Below, one piece after another: positions 9,301 through 20,700 of a stretch of DNA of 58,099 nt; within the stretch, counting starts at the first letter, position 1, and the number at the start of each line of letters is the position of its first letter. The DNA comes from an uncultured virus (IMG/VR IMGVR_UViG_3300042691_010759) (Duplodnaviria > Heunggongvirae > Uroviricota > Caudoviricetes), in the IMG/VR virus record IMGVR_UViG_3300042691_010759; one strand, 5' to 3'. The translations under genes were made by a program, and so were the position numbers. Under the pieces are notes generated by a model. The model had not been told where the DNA came from. It was given only the letters and a program-made list of their open reading frames with translations, and ran no database searches.

Positions 9301-11431
9301 GCTTACCTGGCTTAAAAGGATTACTATATTGTTTTGACGCTAAATCCCAACGCATTTTAATCTGCTCTGCTCTTTCAATAGATACATCTAAAACTTTATT
9401 CCATTCTTCAGATGTCATATTGTATGACTCTTTAATTTCATCCGCAGATAGATTTTTCATATCAGAAAGTCTTTCTAGATGTGTATCAAATCTTCCATAC
9501 TTAAGTGCCGTAGCTACATGTTTAAATCCTGATGAATCCTTAAAATCATAATAAGATTGCATGTCTCCTTCTTTTTCAGCAAGAGTCATTAGTTTTGCAA
9601 ACTCTCCTTGCTCAACCATATTAATAAGATCTTCAGACAAATATTTTTCTGGATCTGCATTAAACTGATTTAAAAGTTCAACAGTTTCATTAAGTTTAGA
9701 ATTTCTATCTGCTTGTACTTTAGCCCATTGCTGAGGATCTTTAAATCGCATACTCAGATCACTCCATCCTTGTTTGCTAGTTGCTTTACCTGCTACATTA
9801 CTAATAGCGGCCATTGGACCTCCCATTAGAAATCCTGACATAAACGTTTCAAATCCTTGAGCACTTACTTGCTTTAAAAGATTATCTCCTAAATAAGAAT
9901 AGTAACCCCCTCTAGCTACATCTCCATTAAAGTTTGCAGTATAATAATCTTCTTGCCAGCCTGCAATAGTTTCTTGTGCTGTTTCTTGAAGACCTTCTGC
10001 TAAGTTTGCAGTACCATATTTTGATAAACTATTTAGCACAAGTCTTGGTGTTTTTATTTTTTGCCATTGTCTGCTAAAGAATCCATCTGAAAGTTTAGTG
10101 TAAGCATCTTTTATTCCTTTCTTTGGATCATAAAGAATTTTACCTGGAATACCGGCATCAATGATATCGGCACTCATGTTTCTAAACTTACCTCTTATTA
10201 AACCATCAAAAGTTATTTTATTTGATAACAAAATAACAGGCATGTTCCATAAACTTGTAGAAACACCAGCATCAGCTGCCGTTGTTCTAATATCAATTGC
10301 CTCTTCTTTAGTAGGCATTCTACCTTTCTTTTGTTGGAATTCTTCAAGAAGATCCCTTTCCATTTGATTCTGAACCATTCCTCCTTCTAATGAGGACTCT
10401 GCATAAGCAAGTCTAGCTTGTCTTACATCTGCATAAAATGCTCCAAAACCCTTTGCTGTCTTAGCAAAACCTGTTAAGTTATCTGCTTTATTTAGTGTAC
10501 TTAGAAAATCTGTTGTGTTATCTAGAGGATTAATAAAATTGGCTCCAGCCTTAACTGCATCTCCAAAATATTTTCTTGCTTTATTTACATCTTTAAAATT
10601 AGCTAGAGTCTTTCTTAAGTTTCTAGCCATTTTCCAACCTTGATTTATTTTGCGGAATGCTTGAGCTCCTCTAGCAGCCATTAACCCCCCTGTTGCGGCC
10701 ATAGCTGGTACAGTAGCCGGTGCTGCTAAGCCAGCAGTACCTACAGTAGCAATACCTAATCCTGCTTCAGCTGCTAATAATGCAGCTTCTTCTACAAGCA
10801 TTTCGCTAACTATACCTAAAGTATATCCTGAGTTTAGATATAAGTTTGTAGTAAATCCCGAAAGGCCTCCTTTAGTAGAAGAACCTGTCATCATTTGTCT
10901 TTCAAAAAACTTTGCATTTTGAGTGTCAGTAACAGCACCCCAGTTACCCGGAAGAGCATCGTGAAATGCGGTTGCTGCCAATCTAGCCATAGGCTTAGTA
11001 GCTCTTCGCATGTCATCCCACCAACTAGATTGCTCATTATATAAAGCTTCATTGTCTCTAAATGGAGAAAATCCTAGCTTATCAAACTCCGGACTTGTAG
11101 CATATCTGTCATAAAACTGATTCTGTTGTAAAGGATTTCTAAAATCTCCTACAGTAGTTTTCCCAAAATAAAAAGGATCTTCCTTAGTACCTATATTATT
11201 TGTAGCATTAAATAACGTTTGCTGAATAGTATTAGTACTAAACGTTGGCATTTTGGGATTAGCATTAGGAGTAGGTATGTGAGGGTTCACAATACTTCCT
11301 TGCATACTAATAGGAACTGGAGGTTTTAGTGTTAAATCCTCAGCAGATAATAAATCATCCCCTATATCAGATATCCCTGTTGGACCTAAATAAAGTGCGG
11401 AATTAGGATCAAGTTCTTCAAATCTAGGCAT
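6359..11431 (-). CDS. Large ejected cargo protein (1690 aa) with hydrophobic segment and degenerate zincin domain
   Basis: ORF track; lies directly upstream of the vRNAP as in crAss cargo modules. Contains an Ala/Gly hydrophobic stretch (AALLAAEAGLGIATVGTAGLAAPATVPAMAATGG), an EGLQE..QE motif and a zincin-like region KQEMH...GFVAEAMANERFQKFL. Confidence 0.75.
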   Translation of the reverse strand: MPRFEELDPNSALYLGPTGISDIGDDLLSAEDLTLKPPVPISMQGSIVNPHIPTPNANPKMPTFSTNTIQQTLFNATNNIGTKEDPFYFGKTTVGDFRNPLQQNQFYDRYATSPEFDKLGFSPFRDNEALYNEQSSWWDDMRRATKPMARLAATAFHDALPGNWGAVTDTQNAKFFERQMMTGSSTKGGLSGFTTNLYLNSGYTLGIVSEMLVEEAALLAAEAGLGIATVGTAGLAAPATVPAMAATGGLMAARGAQAFRKINQGWKMARNLRKTLANFKDVNKARKYFGDAVKAGANFINPLDNTTDFLSTLNKADNLTGFAKTAKGFGAFYADVRQARLAYAESSLEGGMVQNQMERDLLEEFQQKKGRMPTKEEAIDIRTTAADAGVSTSLWNMPVILLSNKITFDGLIRGKFRNMSADIIDAGIPGKILYDPKKGIKDAYTKLSDGFFSRQWQKIKTPRLVLNSLSKYGTANLAEGLQETAQETIAGWQEDYYTANFNGDVARGGYYSYLGDNLLKQVSAQGFETFMSGFLMGGPMAAISNVAGKATSKQGWSDLSMRFKDPQQWAKVQADRNSKLNETVELLNQFNADPEKYLSEDLINMVEQGEFAKLMTLAEKEGDMQSYYDFKDSSGFKHVATALKYGRFDTHLERLSDMKNLSADEIKESYNMTSEEWNKVLDVSIERAEQIKMRWDLASKQYSNPFKPGKHKYMSQQWLEESIGAQAWDSAIEEMVFNQYSFDRSLARQESILEKAKDVSGLKNTPYSQFNVLFDIKSASSELDVLKTEIDAFPGEPVDKEQKRFLSDKKQRYDKLNAFTEAIQKGITNLQPGGKFTEEDYDAIRQSFDNYTQYLGKVNGEYINTQSMETTFREMIDYHLLKDRSFKANDAVNGLLDPQNFKRRFDRIKELRYQVYQNRKAEIKKSLEEYLKMIDTNDMLNDLYEAGMFFDVKDLVALKEEGKIPDVFYYVNEQSDSKLEVPADSDDYEKAIEVLKKYVPVISNIDIGKVMSDPYTQVGRSKLKNDKRTYSDYAKQFGFDVNAPETKVPLIQVLDAISKSQYATSREKELAKKLMEIADKKETVSFVNNSTQPGSYSETTQTVIDARWSSNDYKQGLEGAALEQVILKQEMHRRAAEALEKDAGFNKEMTALMNEAREAYDKLTDDEKRAMVDPSKRGFEGFANVNGFVAEAMANERFQKFLGTVTSKQDNKSQNSWKTFIQKVLRQMRKLLGTTPNGTVLNAAMDAIAAKLDSMYTSLSPIARKAEETTEEAPQVANVTNQISITDLRTKHPTLANAIMDAYIKENTDREARGNDALDENYADKTRDELFESDEFAMYLKSPMWKKKEDLIKQYNRTGATPGTAQATRPATSKEDVTDQEWNNFTDNNVVSRVRIITIAEKIKNREVLSDREQAIFQTTDPGNPEKDWGGLINKYIVDSAASIPTIKTREVKAKLRTLGYTQSEIRLMSAGEAWRISYQGLTKAERTEIELADQQAAREELAQQRQEIRERVQTEIDNAQSYGELMEIRSQLLVELQTNPLLRTAAGYTGTEIENLIQARKEQLAISINFDEIAEGDILILNDGNETPARVTSKDSTGRFITVQHLDDMTVEEYITEDEMSDKVLFKDSDALRNTPLDDVQEVNEEDQEVSNDTITTANDVITDPDIVDSVLNADDADSDNWEDDINIC

Positions 11432-11434
11432 GTC

Positions 11435-14400
11435 TTATTGATTTAGTAGTTCACTAGGATTCTTTATACCATTTTTCATATTAAAGTCTGATACAATAGA
11501 TCTATTCTGCATCGCAATAGAATTTAATAAGTTATCATAACCAGCAACAAGATTAGTTAAATCTGTTGTAGGTGCATGATAATTTGTATAAGGAGTCATA
11601 ATAGGATTTCCACGTTCATCTAATCCTGCCATAACACTACCGCTTACCATAAATGCGCCAGATTGCTTGTCGCTAGTAATTTTAAAGTCTTTAGCATATT
11701 CTGGATGAGAATCCATATTAATTTCTCCTCTCCATCCCATAAGTTTTTCAAGATGAGATTTTTCAGATCCAGATGCAAAAATATTAGTAGCTTCAGATTT
11801 AGGTACATAAATTGTCATACCTTCATTTACAAGAGCATCCATATACGGCCTCATAATCCCAGGATTATCTTCACTACCTTTATATTTGTTGACATAGTTT
11901 TGGTTAAGCTTAATATTTAATGCAGTCATATTCTCATCTCCTCCTGCAATATTCTGATATGTAACTTGAGGAATAGGTCTTGAGTCACCTTTCTTCATAT
12001 TAACCATATCTCTGTATAGAGTATTAAGAATTAGAGAAGCTCCTTCTGCTGAAGCTTCTGGTAATTTTTCTTTAGGTCCTCCTACATCTACAAGTGTATT
12101 AGAACTATTTAAGGCATCTTTTAAAAAGCCCATGGTTCCCATTGTAGCGGTACTTCTATAAAACTTAGGATCTGCGGCCTCAAATCTTAATCCTTGTACC
12201 GCTGCATTACCTGCTCCATTAATTCCTAACCAAGCTCTGTTTCCATCAGGACTTACATATTCACTAAATGCTCTTTTCCACATGTCATGAATACCCGGAG
12301 CACCCATAGCAAGATCATCATTATATCCTCTATTACCAATAGTAGATATGCCATATCCTTCGCCTTGACCACCATATGCTTCTGAACCATAACCACCCCA
12401 GTTAGCTACATCATTAGGTGAATCGTAGTCCCAGTTGCCCCAGCCAGATTCTTCAGATCCCCAGCCTTCTCCCCATTCTCCTTCAGGAGAAACACCAGGT
12501 ATAATCCATTCTACAACATTAACAATTTCTCCAGTAAGACCTGCAGCAGTAGTACCAATTGCATCAACAGCAGAAAGTAAAGTATTTCCTACACCACTCC
12601 AGAAACTTTCTTTTACTTGTCCAGTTTCTTCGTCATAATATTCATTGTATTTCAAACGTCTATCTCCGGAATACATTGCTGAAGCTTGTTGTGAACTATA
12701 ACCTTTACTAACCATAGTTTCAACAAACTTATTTTTTGTTACTGTGTGTCCTTTCTCATCAATATATGATTCAAAAGCATCAGCCCATAGATCGCCATAT
12801 TCAGCACTAGATCTAGCTCCTGCAACAACAGAAGCAGATTCATCTGAATACCATTTATCCATTTGTTCAAGAGCAGCATATTTAGCTTCAATGCTTCTTC
12901 TGTTTTCTGCAGTTTTTTCCCATACTTGAGTTAGGTGTGGCCGCACAACTTCATTACCATTCTTTTTAGCATACATATGCTTAATAGTACCTTCATAAAC
13001 CTCATCTACATCAGAACCGGCCATGTTATTAATGTTAGCACTATATCTTTTAGCAATAGCATATTTTTGTGAGTGTGTAGCATTAGGATCCGCAAGCTGT
13101 CTTTTAATTTCTTTTGCTTGTTCAACAGTAAATGCAGAAGATGCTCTTTTTGCTCCTTGACGTTTATCACTTTCTCCAATACCACTTAATGTTCTATCTG
13201 GTGTCATTGATGCATTAGCCATAGCATCTACCATTGCTACTAAGTCTGCCTGAGCTTGCGTATCTCCATTTTGTGCCGCACTTGTTGTAGCAGTATAAAC
13301 CTCATTCAAGACACCGCGTTCTGCACCACTAAGATCAGACTTAAGAGTTTCTCTATCTTGTCTGAACTGATTAAATCCTTGTTGAGTTTGTTCATAACTC
13401 ATCTCATTAGGATTGCCGGGATCTGTACCACCCATAACATCAACAGCAGATGGTGTATTGTATTCACCACCACCAGTCGCTGCTAGTTGTTCTGCATATT
13501 GTTTTAAGTCAAACTTATACTTTTCAATTTCAAGTTTATTCTTATGCTGAACATCTTCTAAAAGCATTCTATTCTTTTGTCTATAAGACTCAAGACCGTA
13601 TTCATCAGCTTTCATTTTAAACTCATAATCTTTATAAGCAAGAGTTTGAGCTGCCGCATTTATGTCTTGACCTAAAAGAATTGAAGCCATTGCATTATCA
13701 ATATACTCTGCACTATACTTAGCATTAGGTATATTACTAGCCGTAGTTAAATTATTTGTTGCTTCTTGTACTACACCTTGAGATTGGCGATAAGCATTTT
13801 CTTGTGTTACAAGATCATTGTAAACTTGTGCAGTTTCGCTACCAGGCATTGCTCCATTTTGTTGAATATTAGTTTCAACTTTCTTACGTACTTGAGATGT
13901 AACATTAGTTTTGTCTTCAAGTTGCGCACCAGCTGCCTTTAAATAACCATCAATACTAGGAGTCATTTGTGCTACATAAGCTTGTTCAGCAGCTTCTTCT
14001 GAACCATATTGAGAAGCATTACCGGATACCCAATCTTTTCTATCTACATAAGATTTTGTTTTATAGTAATCAGCAATCATAGGATCATTACCTAAAGAGC
14101 CCATAAATAAATTCTGAAGAGGCCCAACAAGCATTGGTCCATTCTTAGTAGTAGTTATATAGCCTCCTTGTAGCTGATCAATGGATATGTTTAAGCCTGC
14201 CTCTTTAGCTAGAGCCATTGCTTTCTTCATTACATCTTGATACGGTGAATATCTTACATTGGCAAAGTTAAGGGCTTCATCTGCTGAAGCATTTTGAAAT
14301 TCCATAGCTTTATACTGAAGCGCTTTTTCACCACCTTCCCACCATGCACCACCACATTTATCTGGATCCACACAATTACGGAAACCATCAGACCTCCTCA

Positions 14401-14755
14401 TTTCTTTTTGCCAATTCTTGGTCCAAACCATATCCTTAACGATATTTTTATTTTCCAATAATTGACTAAATACCCCAGCAGCAGCCTGTACATTCTGTTG
14501 CTTGGATAAATCCATGGTAGACATTTTCTTAATATCTTGATCAATTACTTTAAAGAAATGATCTTTAGCCGCTATATTGTCTTCTCGCATCATTGGAGAA
14601 TTCAACAGAGAGCCATACATTGTACTTAATTGGTCGCGCGCTGCATCCTGTCTTCCTTGTTTAAACTGTAAAACTTGAGAATACAAAGTAAAGTCCGGAG
14701 CAAAAGGTTGAATCTCTGGTATGTATGGTGCTACTCCTTGTAAATATGTTGCCAT
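11435..14755 (-). CDS. Ejected cargo / internal virion protein (1106 aa)
   Basis: ORF track; cargo-module position; helical Q/A-rich N-terminal half; amphipathic plus W/G/E-rich internal segment. Confidence 0.65.
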   Translation of the reverse strand: MATYLQGVAPYIPEIQPFAPDFTLYSQVLQFKQGRQDAARDQLSTMYGSLLNSPMMREDNIAAKDHFFKVIDQDIKKMSTMDLSKQQNVQAAAGVFSQLLENKNIVKDMVWTKNWQKEMRRSDGFRNCVDPDKCGGAWWEGGEKALQYKAMEFQNASADEALNFANVRYSPYQDVMKKAMALAKEAGLNISIDQLQGGYITTTKNGPMLVGPLQNLFMGSLGNDPMIADYYKTKSYVDRKDWVSGNASQYGSEEAAEQAYVAQMTPSIDGYLKAAGAQLEDKTNVTSQVRKKVETNIQQNGAMPGSETAQVYNDLVTQENAYRQSQGVVQEATNNLTTASNIPNAKYSAEYIDNAMASILLGQDINAAAQTLAYKDYEFKMKADEYGLESYRQKNRMLLEDVQHKNKLEIEKYKFDLKQYAEQLAATGGGEYNTPSAVDVMGGTDPGNPNEMSYEQTQQGFNQFRQDRETLKSDLSGAERGVLNEVYTATTSAAQNGDTQAQADLVAMVDAMANASMTPDRTLSGIGESDKRQGAKRASSAFTVEQAKEIKRQLADPNATHSQKYAIAKRYSANINNMAGSDVDEVYEGTIKHMYAKKNGNEVVRPHLTQVWEKTAENRRSIEAKYAALEQMDKWYSDESASVVAGARSSAEYGDLWADAFESYIDEKGHTVTKNKFVETMVSKGYSSQQASAMYSGDRRLKYNEYYDEETGQVKESFWSGVGNTLLSAVDAIGTTAAGLTGEIVNVVEWIIPGVSPEGEWGEGWGSEESGWGNWDYDSPNDVANWGGYGSEAYGGQGEGYGISTIGNRGYNDDLAMGAPGIHDMWKRAFSEYVSPDGNRAWLGINGAGNAAVQGLRFEAADPKFYRSTATMGTMGFLKDALNSSNTLVDVGGPKEKLPEASAEGASLILNTLYRDMVNMKKGDSRPIPQVTYQNIAGGDENMTALNIKLNQNYVNKYKGSEDNPGIMRPYMDALVNEGMTIYVPKSEATNIFASGSEKSHLEKLMGWRGEINMDSHPEYAKDFKITSDKQSGAFMVSGSVMAGLDERGNPIMTPYTNYHAPTTDLTNLVAGYDNLLNSIAMQNRSIVSDFNMKNGIKNPSELLNQ

Positions 14756-14806
14756 TATCTAATTCTTTTGATCAAAAATAATATATGTTTACCAAACCTC
14801 TCAAGT

Positions 14807-17725
14807 TTATCCTGGTATTAATCCATATGCTGCAGGATTAATGTATCCGGGATACATTGGTGCCATGCCTGGAACACTAGGCATTGCTGCAGGAGGAAAT
14901 GCAGGTGTGCTAACATCTTGACCTGTAACAAGTTTAGTAGCTAATTCTAAAGCTTTATCACCAGATATTGTTGGATCACTCGCTTTTAGCATAGACGCTG
15001 CGTCTGCAATAGCTAAAATTTGATCATTTTGATTTTTAGGTGTTATAGGTACAGGGTTAAACTTCTTAACAACTAACGTATTAATGTCTCGGCCATTCCA
15101 GTTAGGATTAATTGCAAAATCATCTGACATTTCATTTGTTAAATTTATATTTCTCCAATCTTTAGTAAGATTATTTTTCATTGCATTTACTAATCCGACA
15201 CCTCCTATGAATTCTCTATTAGCCATCTCATTACTCATTTCAACTTCATCAAGATATCTTTTCATATTTCCTGCAATACCTGCTGAGAATTGTGTTCTTG
15301 CTGGAGCATTAAACTGCTTAAACTGATTTTCTACAGCTGTATTAAATCTGTTAGCCATCTCTTGAGCCTGAAGTGTTGCTTCCGGATTCATTAATTGGCT
15401 AGCCACAGATCCATATCGCTGACCTGATAAGTATGGATTATTAACTGCTAAATTTTGAGCTACAGCTTGTTGTCTTTGAACAGGTGATTGAAAATCTGTA
15501 AACTGAGGAGTAGCTTCGTAATACATAGGATTAACTAATGCCGGTTCACCTTTTCTTCTATTGAGCAAAGCCCAAGTAGCGTAGTTAAGATTGCGTACAT
15601 CTTCAGGGAAAGGTCCAACAGGTTCTACCTGTCCTGGATCTGCTGCTGGCAAATGTTTATAAGGATCTTCTACTACTTCATCAACTAGTTCATAATCTAG
15701 TTCTTTTAGTAACGGCTGATACAACTGAGCTTGTCCTGTAGTAGTATTTCCCCACCATCCATCAACATCAGAAATTGTACTATGTCCTTCTGCTAAACCT
15801 TTACCTTCATCACCTAATCCTACTTGAGTTTTAGTTAATGGTTTAAAGTCTTGAAGATCCGTTTTAAATTTATCATCATTATATAAATTCTGCATTCCAA
15901 TGTATGCAGTTTGAAAAGCAACAGTCTGCGAAATAGAAAGCGGATCTACACCAAGCTCTTTGGCAGCTTTAGTATATTGACGCGGTAAACCAGTTTGACT
16001 ATCAATACCTTTGTCCCATGTATCTTTGACATCCTTTTGTCCAATACCCGGATAATTAGCATTAATCATCATAACTTGCTGCTGAGCTCTCAAATAGTTA
16101 TTAATGATTTCTTCATCAGTAATAGTTTTAGCACTTTCAACATCTCCCGCAGTAACCACACCTTTTGGTTTTACTTGTCCAATAAGATTGCGATATTGTT
16201 CTACTAATGCTTTTTGAAGATCTGGACTTGACATAATCTTATGTTCAAGTCTACCATACGCTTCTTTTAGTGAACCAAGGCGATTATCTAATTGATCTAA
16301 AGATCTTCCTTCATAAGGAGCTACCTTGCGTCCTTTGACTTTATACCATCTACCGTCTTCTTTCTTAATATAGTGTCCTTCTTGAACTTTAGCTAAATCA
16401 AAACCTGCTTGAGTAGGATCCCATTTAACAGCATCTTTTGGTATGTTAACTGCTTTAGTTGGTGTAGGACTTTCTATAGTACGCGGTTTATTAGGATCTT
16501 GTGATGTTCCGGAAACCATAGATTGTGGAGTATCAATTGAACCTACTACTTCACCTTTTTTATTTATGATAACAAGACCTTGTCCCGGAATACTCATTAC
16601 CTGATCTCCAGGTTTAAGTTTTATATCACCAGGTGTTACATTACCTCCTCTTTTATACTGCTTCAAAGAACGTTTCTCACCACCAAATCTTGACATGTTT
16701 CCATACTGATTATAGTTCATGCCAAACTGTATAGGTGTAGTTCTTGTAGGATCCATTTCAGAAAGTCCTTGTTTTACTTGATCTCCTAGTAACCATCCTC
16801 TATCACCTTGCATACCTTGAATAGACATATTATCTGCTAAAGTTCTATTAGCTAATTCTTCTGTAGTTACTGCAGGATTCAATGCATTTCCAACCATAGT
16901 AGCTAAAGGAACTACATTGGATGCTAACATACCATCAGTTCCCCACCAATCATCTTTTCCAAATAATCTTCTACGTTCTGTCATAGAAATATCAGTACCA
17001 ATATAAGGGCCCCCATCATAAAATCTAGGACCTCCAAATCTTGATACATCTAAATCCATTCCCTCACTCTCTTCTTCTTCTTCAGAATGTTGAGCAATTT
17101 TCATAGGATCAATTCCCATTTTCTGCATGAATGGACCAGCAACACTAGGAATACCTTCTTGAAAACCTTTAGTAGATTCTTGAACTAAAGCTAAAGCCCC
17201 AAGCTTAGATACATAATTCTTCATCATAAGCTCTGCAGTTTTTCTTTGTAGCTTATCTGAATTAGGATCTGCAAGTATTTCTCTGTACTTATTAAGATTA
17301 AATTTCTTAGAAATATCAGCAGGAGTATATCCGGTTTTATCTTCTGTTAAACCAAAATATCTTTGAATATCAGGGTTCTTTATTTTCATCGCGTTATCCC
17401 GCGAATAAATAAATGAATGCTCTGGTAGATTTAATGGTGTACCACCTCTACTATGACGCTTACCCTTAATGTGATAAAACTCAGCAAGCCCATCATCATT
17501 AAGATTTGTAAGAACAGTTTCCCCTTCTTCTGCTTCAAGATTTGCATGCTCAGTAGGTACAGGTTTCAAAGTTTTATTCACTTTGATTTCTGCTGTACTT
17601 CTGTTATCGCTAAATCCTTTACCAGGAGTAACGGTGTTATCTTCAGGAGGAGTGTGTGGACCAAAGGTTCTAAATGATCCACCTCCTTTAAACTGAGGAA
17701 GTTTGGTGATAATAACTTTCTTCAT
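14807..17725 (-). CDS. Cargo protein (972 aa) with crAss cargo-protein-1-like N-terminal compact domain
   Basis: ORF track. The N-terminal ANLEAEEGETV...KGKRHSRGGTPLNLP..SFIYS...TPADISKK pattern recalls the conserved crAss cargo protein downstream of the muzzle gene. Carries GG motifs. Confidence 0.6.
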   Translation of the reverse strand: MKKVIITKLPQFKGGGSFRTFGPHTPPEDNTVTPGKGFSDNRSTAEIKVNKTLKPVPTEHANLEAEEGETVLTNLNDDGLAEFYHIKGKRHSRGGTPLNLPEHSFIYSRDNAMKIKNPDIQRYFGLTEDKTGYTPADISKKFNLNKYREILADPNSDKLQRKTAELMMKNYVSKLGALALVQESTKGFQEGIPSVAGPFMQKMGIDPMKIAQHSEEEEESEGMDLDVSRFGGPRFYDGGPYIGTDISMTERRRLFGKDDWWGTDGMLASNVVPLATMVGNALNPAVTTEELANRTLADNMSIQGMQGDRGWLLGDQVKQGLSEMDPTRTTPIQFGMNYNQYGNMSRFGGEKRSLKQYKRGGNVTPGDIKLKPGDQVMSIPGQGLVIINKKGEVVGSIDTPQSMVSGTSQDPNKPRTIESPTPTKAVNIPKDAVKWDPTQAGFDLAKVQEGHYIKKEDGRWYKVKGRKVAPYEGRSLDQLDNRLGSLKEAYGRLEHKIMSSPDLQKALVEQYRNLIGQVKPKGVVTAGDVESAKTITDEEIINNYLRAQQQVMMINANYPGIGQKDVKDTWDKGIDSQTGLPRQYTKAAKELGVDPLSISQTVAFQTAYIGMQNLYNDDKFKTDLQDFKPLTKTQVGLGDEGKGLAEGHSTISDVDGWWGNTTTGQAQLYQPLLKELDYELVDEVVEDPYKHLPAADPGQVEPVGPFPEDVRNLNYATWALLNRRKGEPALVNPMYYEATPQFTDFQSPVQRQQAVAQNLAVNNPYLSGQRYGSVASQLMNPEATLQAQEMANRFNTAVENQFKQFNAPARTQFSAGIAGNMKRYLDEVEMSNEMANREFIGGVGLVNAMKNNLTKDWRNINLTNEMSDDFAINPNWNGRDINTLVVKKFNPVPITPKNQNDQILAIADAASMLKASDPTISGDKALELATKLVTGQDVSTPAFPPAAMPSVPGMAPMYPGYINPAAYGLIPG

Positions 17726-17726
17726 A

Positions 17727-20700
17727 TTAGATGTATTTAATAGCGCCTCCGGCAGCTAATATATCTGCAATTTCTTGTTCACTTAACATAATAGGTTCTT
17801 GCATAGGGTACATTCCGCCATTTGCATAGATAGGTCCTCCGTATTGTTCATATTGATATGTACGTCTAGCTTGTGCATCTAAAACTTTTTTTCTTTTACC
17901 TTCTGGATCTTTCATAGGAATAAAATCTCCTGCAGGATTTCCAGAAAGATTAATCAACCAATTATCTTTAGAATCTTTTCTATACAAAACACCCGGTCTT
18001 CCTGAATACTCATACATTGGTAAATTACGTGTTTCACTATTTGGTCCAGCTATATCAATATATCTATTTCCAGGTAAACCTACACCCGCTTCTCCTGTAG
18101 TAATATTTCCTTGCTTAACCATCTGTCTTAAAGATGGCGGTGCATCAGATACACCATATAGCACATTATAGTTTCTATCTCTACCAATTTGATAAGGGGT
18201 AAAGTTACCAGTACGTTGTCCCGGATAATAGAAAATAGAGTCTTGAGCCAATCCTGGATTTGGATTAGCAAAACCAACAACAGCTGTAGGATCATTTTCT
18301 AATGCTGACATTTGTTTATACAATTGATTTTCAGCTATTACTTCTCCCATTGATGAAGGCCCAATCTTAGGCATAACCACATTCGTAGTAGAAGCTACGG
18401 TAGGGCTTACAGGTGGATCCCCATATTCTCCTCCAATATTAAACATTCCACCAAACCTTTGAGTAGGAATGTAACCTCTCCTAGTAGGAACCTGACTCAT
18501 GTCTTCAGCTCGTCTTCCTCTAAAAAGTCTTCTACGTCCCATTCCTTCATCTTCACCAGCCCATGGTGCAACACCTGGTTGATTCATTTCTGCTATTTTT
18601 TGATTAAGCATTTGGCGTGTTTGAAAATCTCTTTGAGCTTGAGAGGGTGCGGTATTAAAAGTTGGCGTTGGTAAATCAGTAGGTCTTGGTAAATAACCTT
18701 GTACTGGATCATTATATATTGTATTACCAATATTTGGATCATTTACTATTAAATCTGTATTTCTATAACCAAACGGATTCCCCTGAAATTCATTATTCAT
18801 AAATGAATAAGGTTCATTTCCAAATCCTTTTAAATCTTGTGGTGTAATTGCCACTTGTGAAGTTCCTGGCATAGTGTTGTTATCTACAGCATCTGGAGAA
18901 TTAGGACTACCTAATAATGCTGTACCAAAAGTCATGTATACATTTTTTCTACGCGGTCTTCCTCCAATCATACCATACTTAGTATCACTACTAAAAGTTT
19001 CAACATTGGTATTAGGTCCCCAAGATAAAGCTCTTATTCCCGGAGCAACTTCAATATAACCTGGAAAACCTGCTCCTGGAAATTGAAATCCTGCACCACC
19101 ACCAACAACATCAGTAACATTACCTAATCCACCAGCAACAGTATTACCTGCTCTCTCAGCTTGTTGAGCTAACCAAGTATTATAATCATTCATAGGATCA
19201 GCGTTATTACCACCTGCTCCAGCACCTGCTCCAGCACCCGCTCCATTTCCAGTAGTTGTGCCTTTACCTTTTCCTTTACCTTTATTTGGATCTGTAGCTT
19301 CATCTACAACCCTACTTGCGGAAGGAGCCCATGGTTTTCTATGAGACCAATATTGTTCAAATCCCTCAGCTGGCCCCATTGGATTATAAGTAAATGATCC
19401 TTCAGGATAACCGTAAGTTCCGGGAGGAATAGACCAATATCCTGTAACTCCAGGAATCTTTGGTATTGCATCTCCTTCTGATCCTGGCAAAGGCTCTTCA
19501 CCTCCCCATCTTGGATTAAAACTTTGCCAATGGTCAAAATCAGAAGACTTATAATCAACACCTGGATTATAAGCATGATATGATCCATTACCGCTATCTA
19601 CTTGCCACATTCCTGACCTATTTGTACCTGCTGCTAAAGCATCTATGTTTAATGGATCATTTGGGTTTCCACTACTAAATCCTTGTAATCTAATACGTCT
19701 TCCATCTGGACTAACCATATCGCTCATATCCTTAGCAGAAGAAGAATGGTTGTGAGATGGTAAGTTACCACCCATATGATACATCCATTTACGCGGATCC
19801 ATCATTCCGCCAAATTGATTTTGAACTTCCATTCCATACTGACCATAAGGTCGTAAAGGATTTAATAGATTTCCATTTGCATCTACAGGTCTACCATACA
19901 TATCTTTCTTCATGGTCCAAGGATTTGTTAATAAATCAGAAGTACCGGTTCCTAACCCTAAATCTGATGTATTTATATTTTGATTTGTTGTTTGTGTATT
20001 TATATTAGCAGTTTGATCTAGCGGACCATAATTAGGAACATCTTCCCAATTACGCCAATCAATCATATCATTTTTAATATCTCTTTTTTGTTCTCTTAGC
20101 AAATCTCTTTGCTCTAGATTTGCTTCACTTCTATTCCACCAAGGCGAGTAGCCCATGTCTCTTCTTGCTTGAGACAAATCAGCTTTCACATCCTGTTTAG
20201 CACCTCTTTGGAATTCTTTAGCAAGCTTCCTGCTAGCTAAGCGTTCTTTATTAAAGATGTCACCGGCACCGTAAAGATAGTCACCAGTTTCGTCTTTAGC
20301 TCTAGCTTTTCCAAAAATACCATATGCTTTAGGATCAAATTGTTTTCCGTTTAACGCATCATCTTCACCTGATCTATAGTATTGTCTTTGTTTTACTTTA
20401 GTCTTAGGTCCTTGTAATTTACCTGCCACTAAGCTTTTTCCAAAGTCAGTACCGAAGTCCATAAGTCCCTGCATGAATTTTTTACCTGGACGATCTTGTT
20501 CATAAGCATCAGCCCATGAGCCAATTGTAGGATCAGTAACATTCATTCCAAATGTACCAAAGCCATCATAGTTATCATAGAAATTACCGCCAAAATTAAA
20601 TCTCGGTGGCATACCTGTACTCTCTGTATATGCATTACGTAGAATATCTAATGCTCTTTGGTCATTAACATCTTCCACATTATCAGTTAGATAATCTTCA

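Noticed and set aside
14766..14777. 12-bp palindrome ttttgatcaaaa upstream of the 1106-aa gene
   Set aside because: Short and AT-rich with no second copy seen; insufficient to call an operator.
18271..18280. Another plus-strand AAACCAACAA
   Set aside because: It lies inside a coding region (V-V-G-F codons) with no flanking stem or terminator, so it is probably chance.
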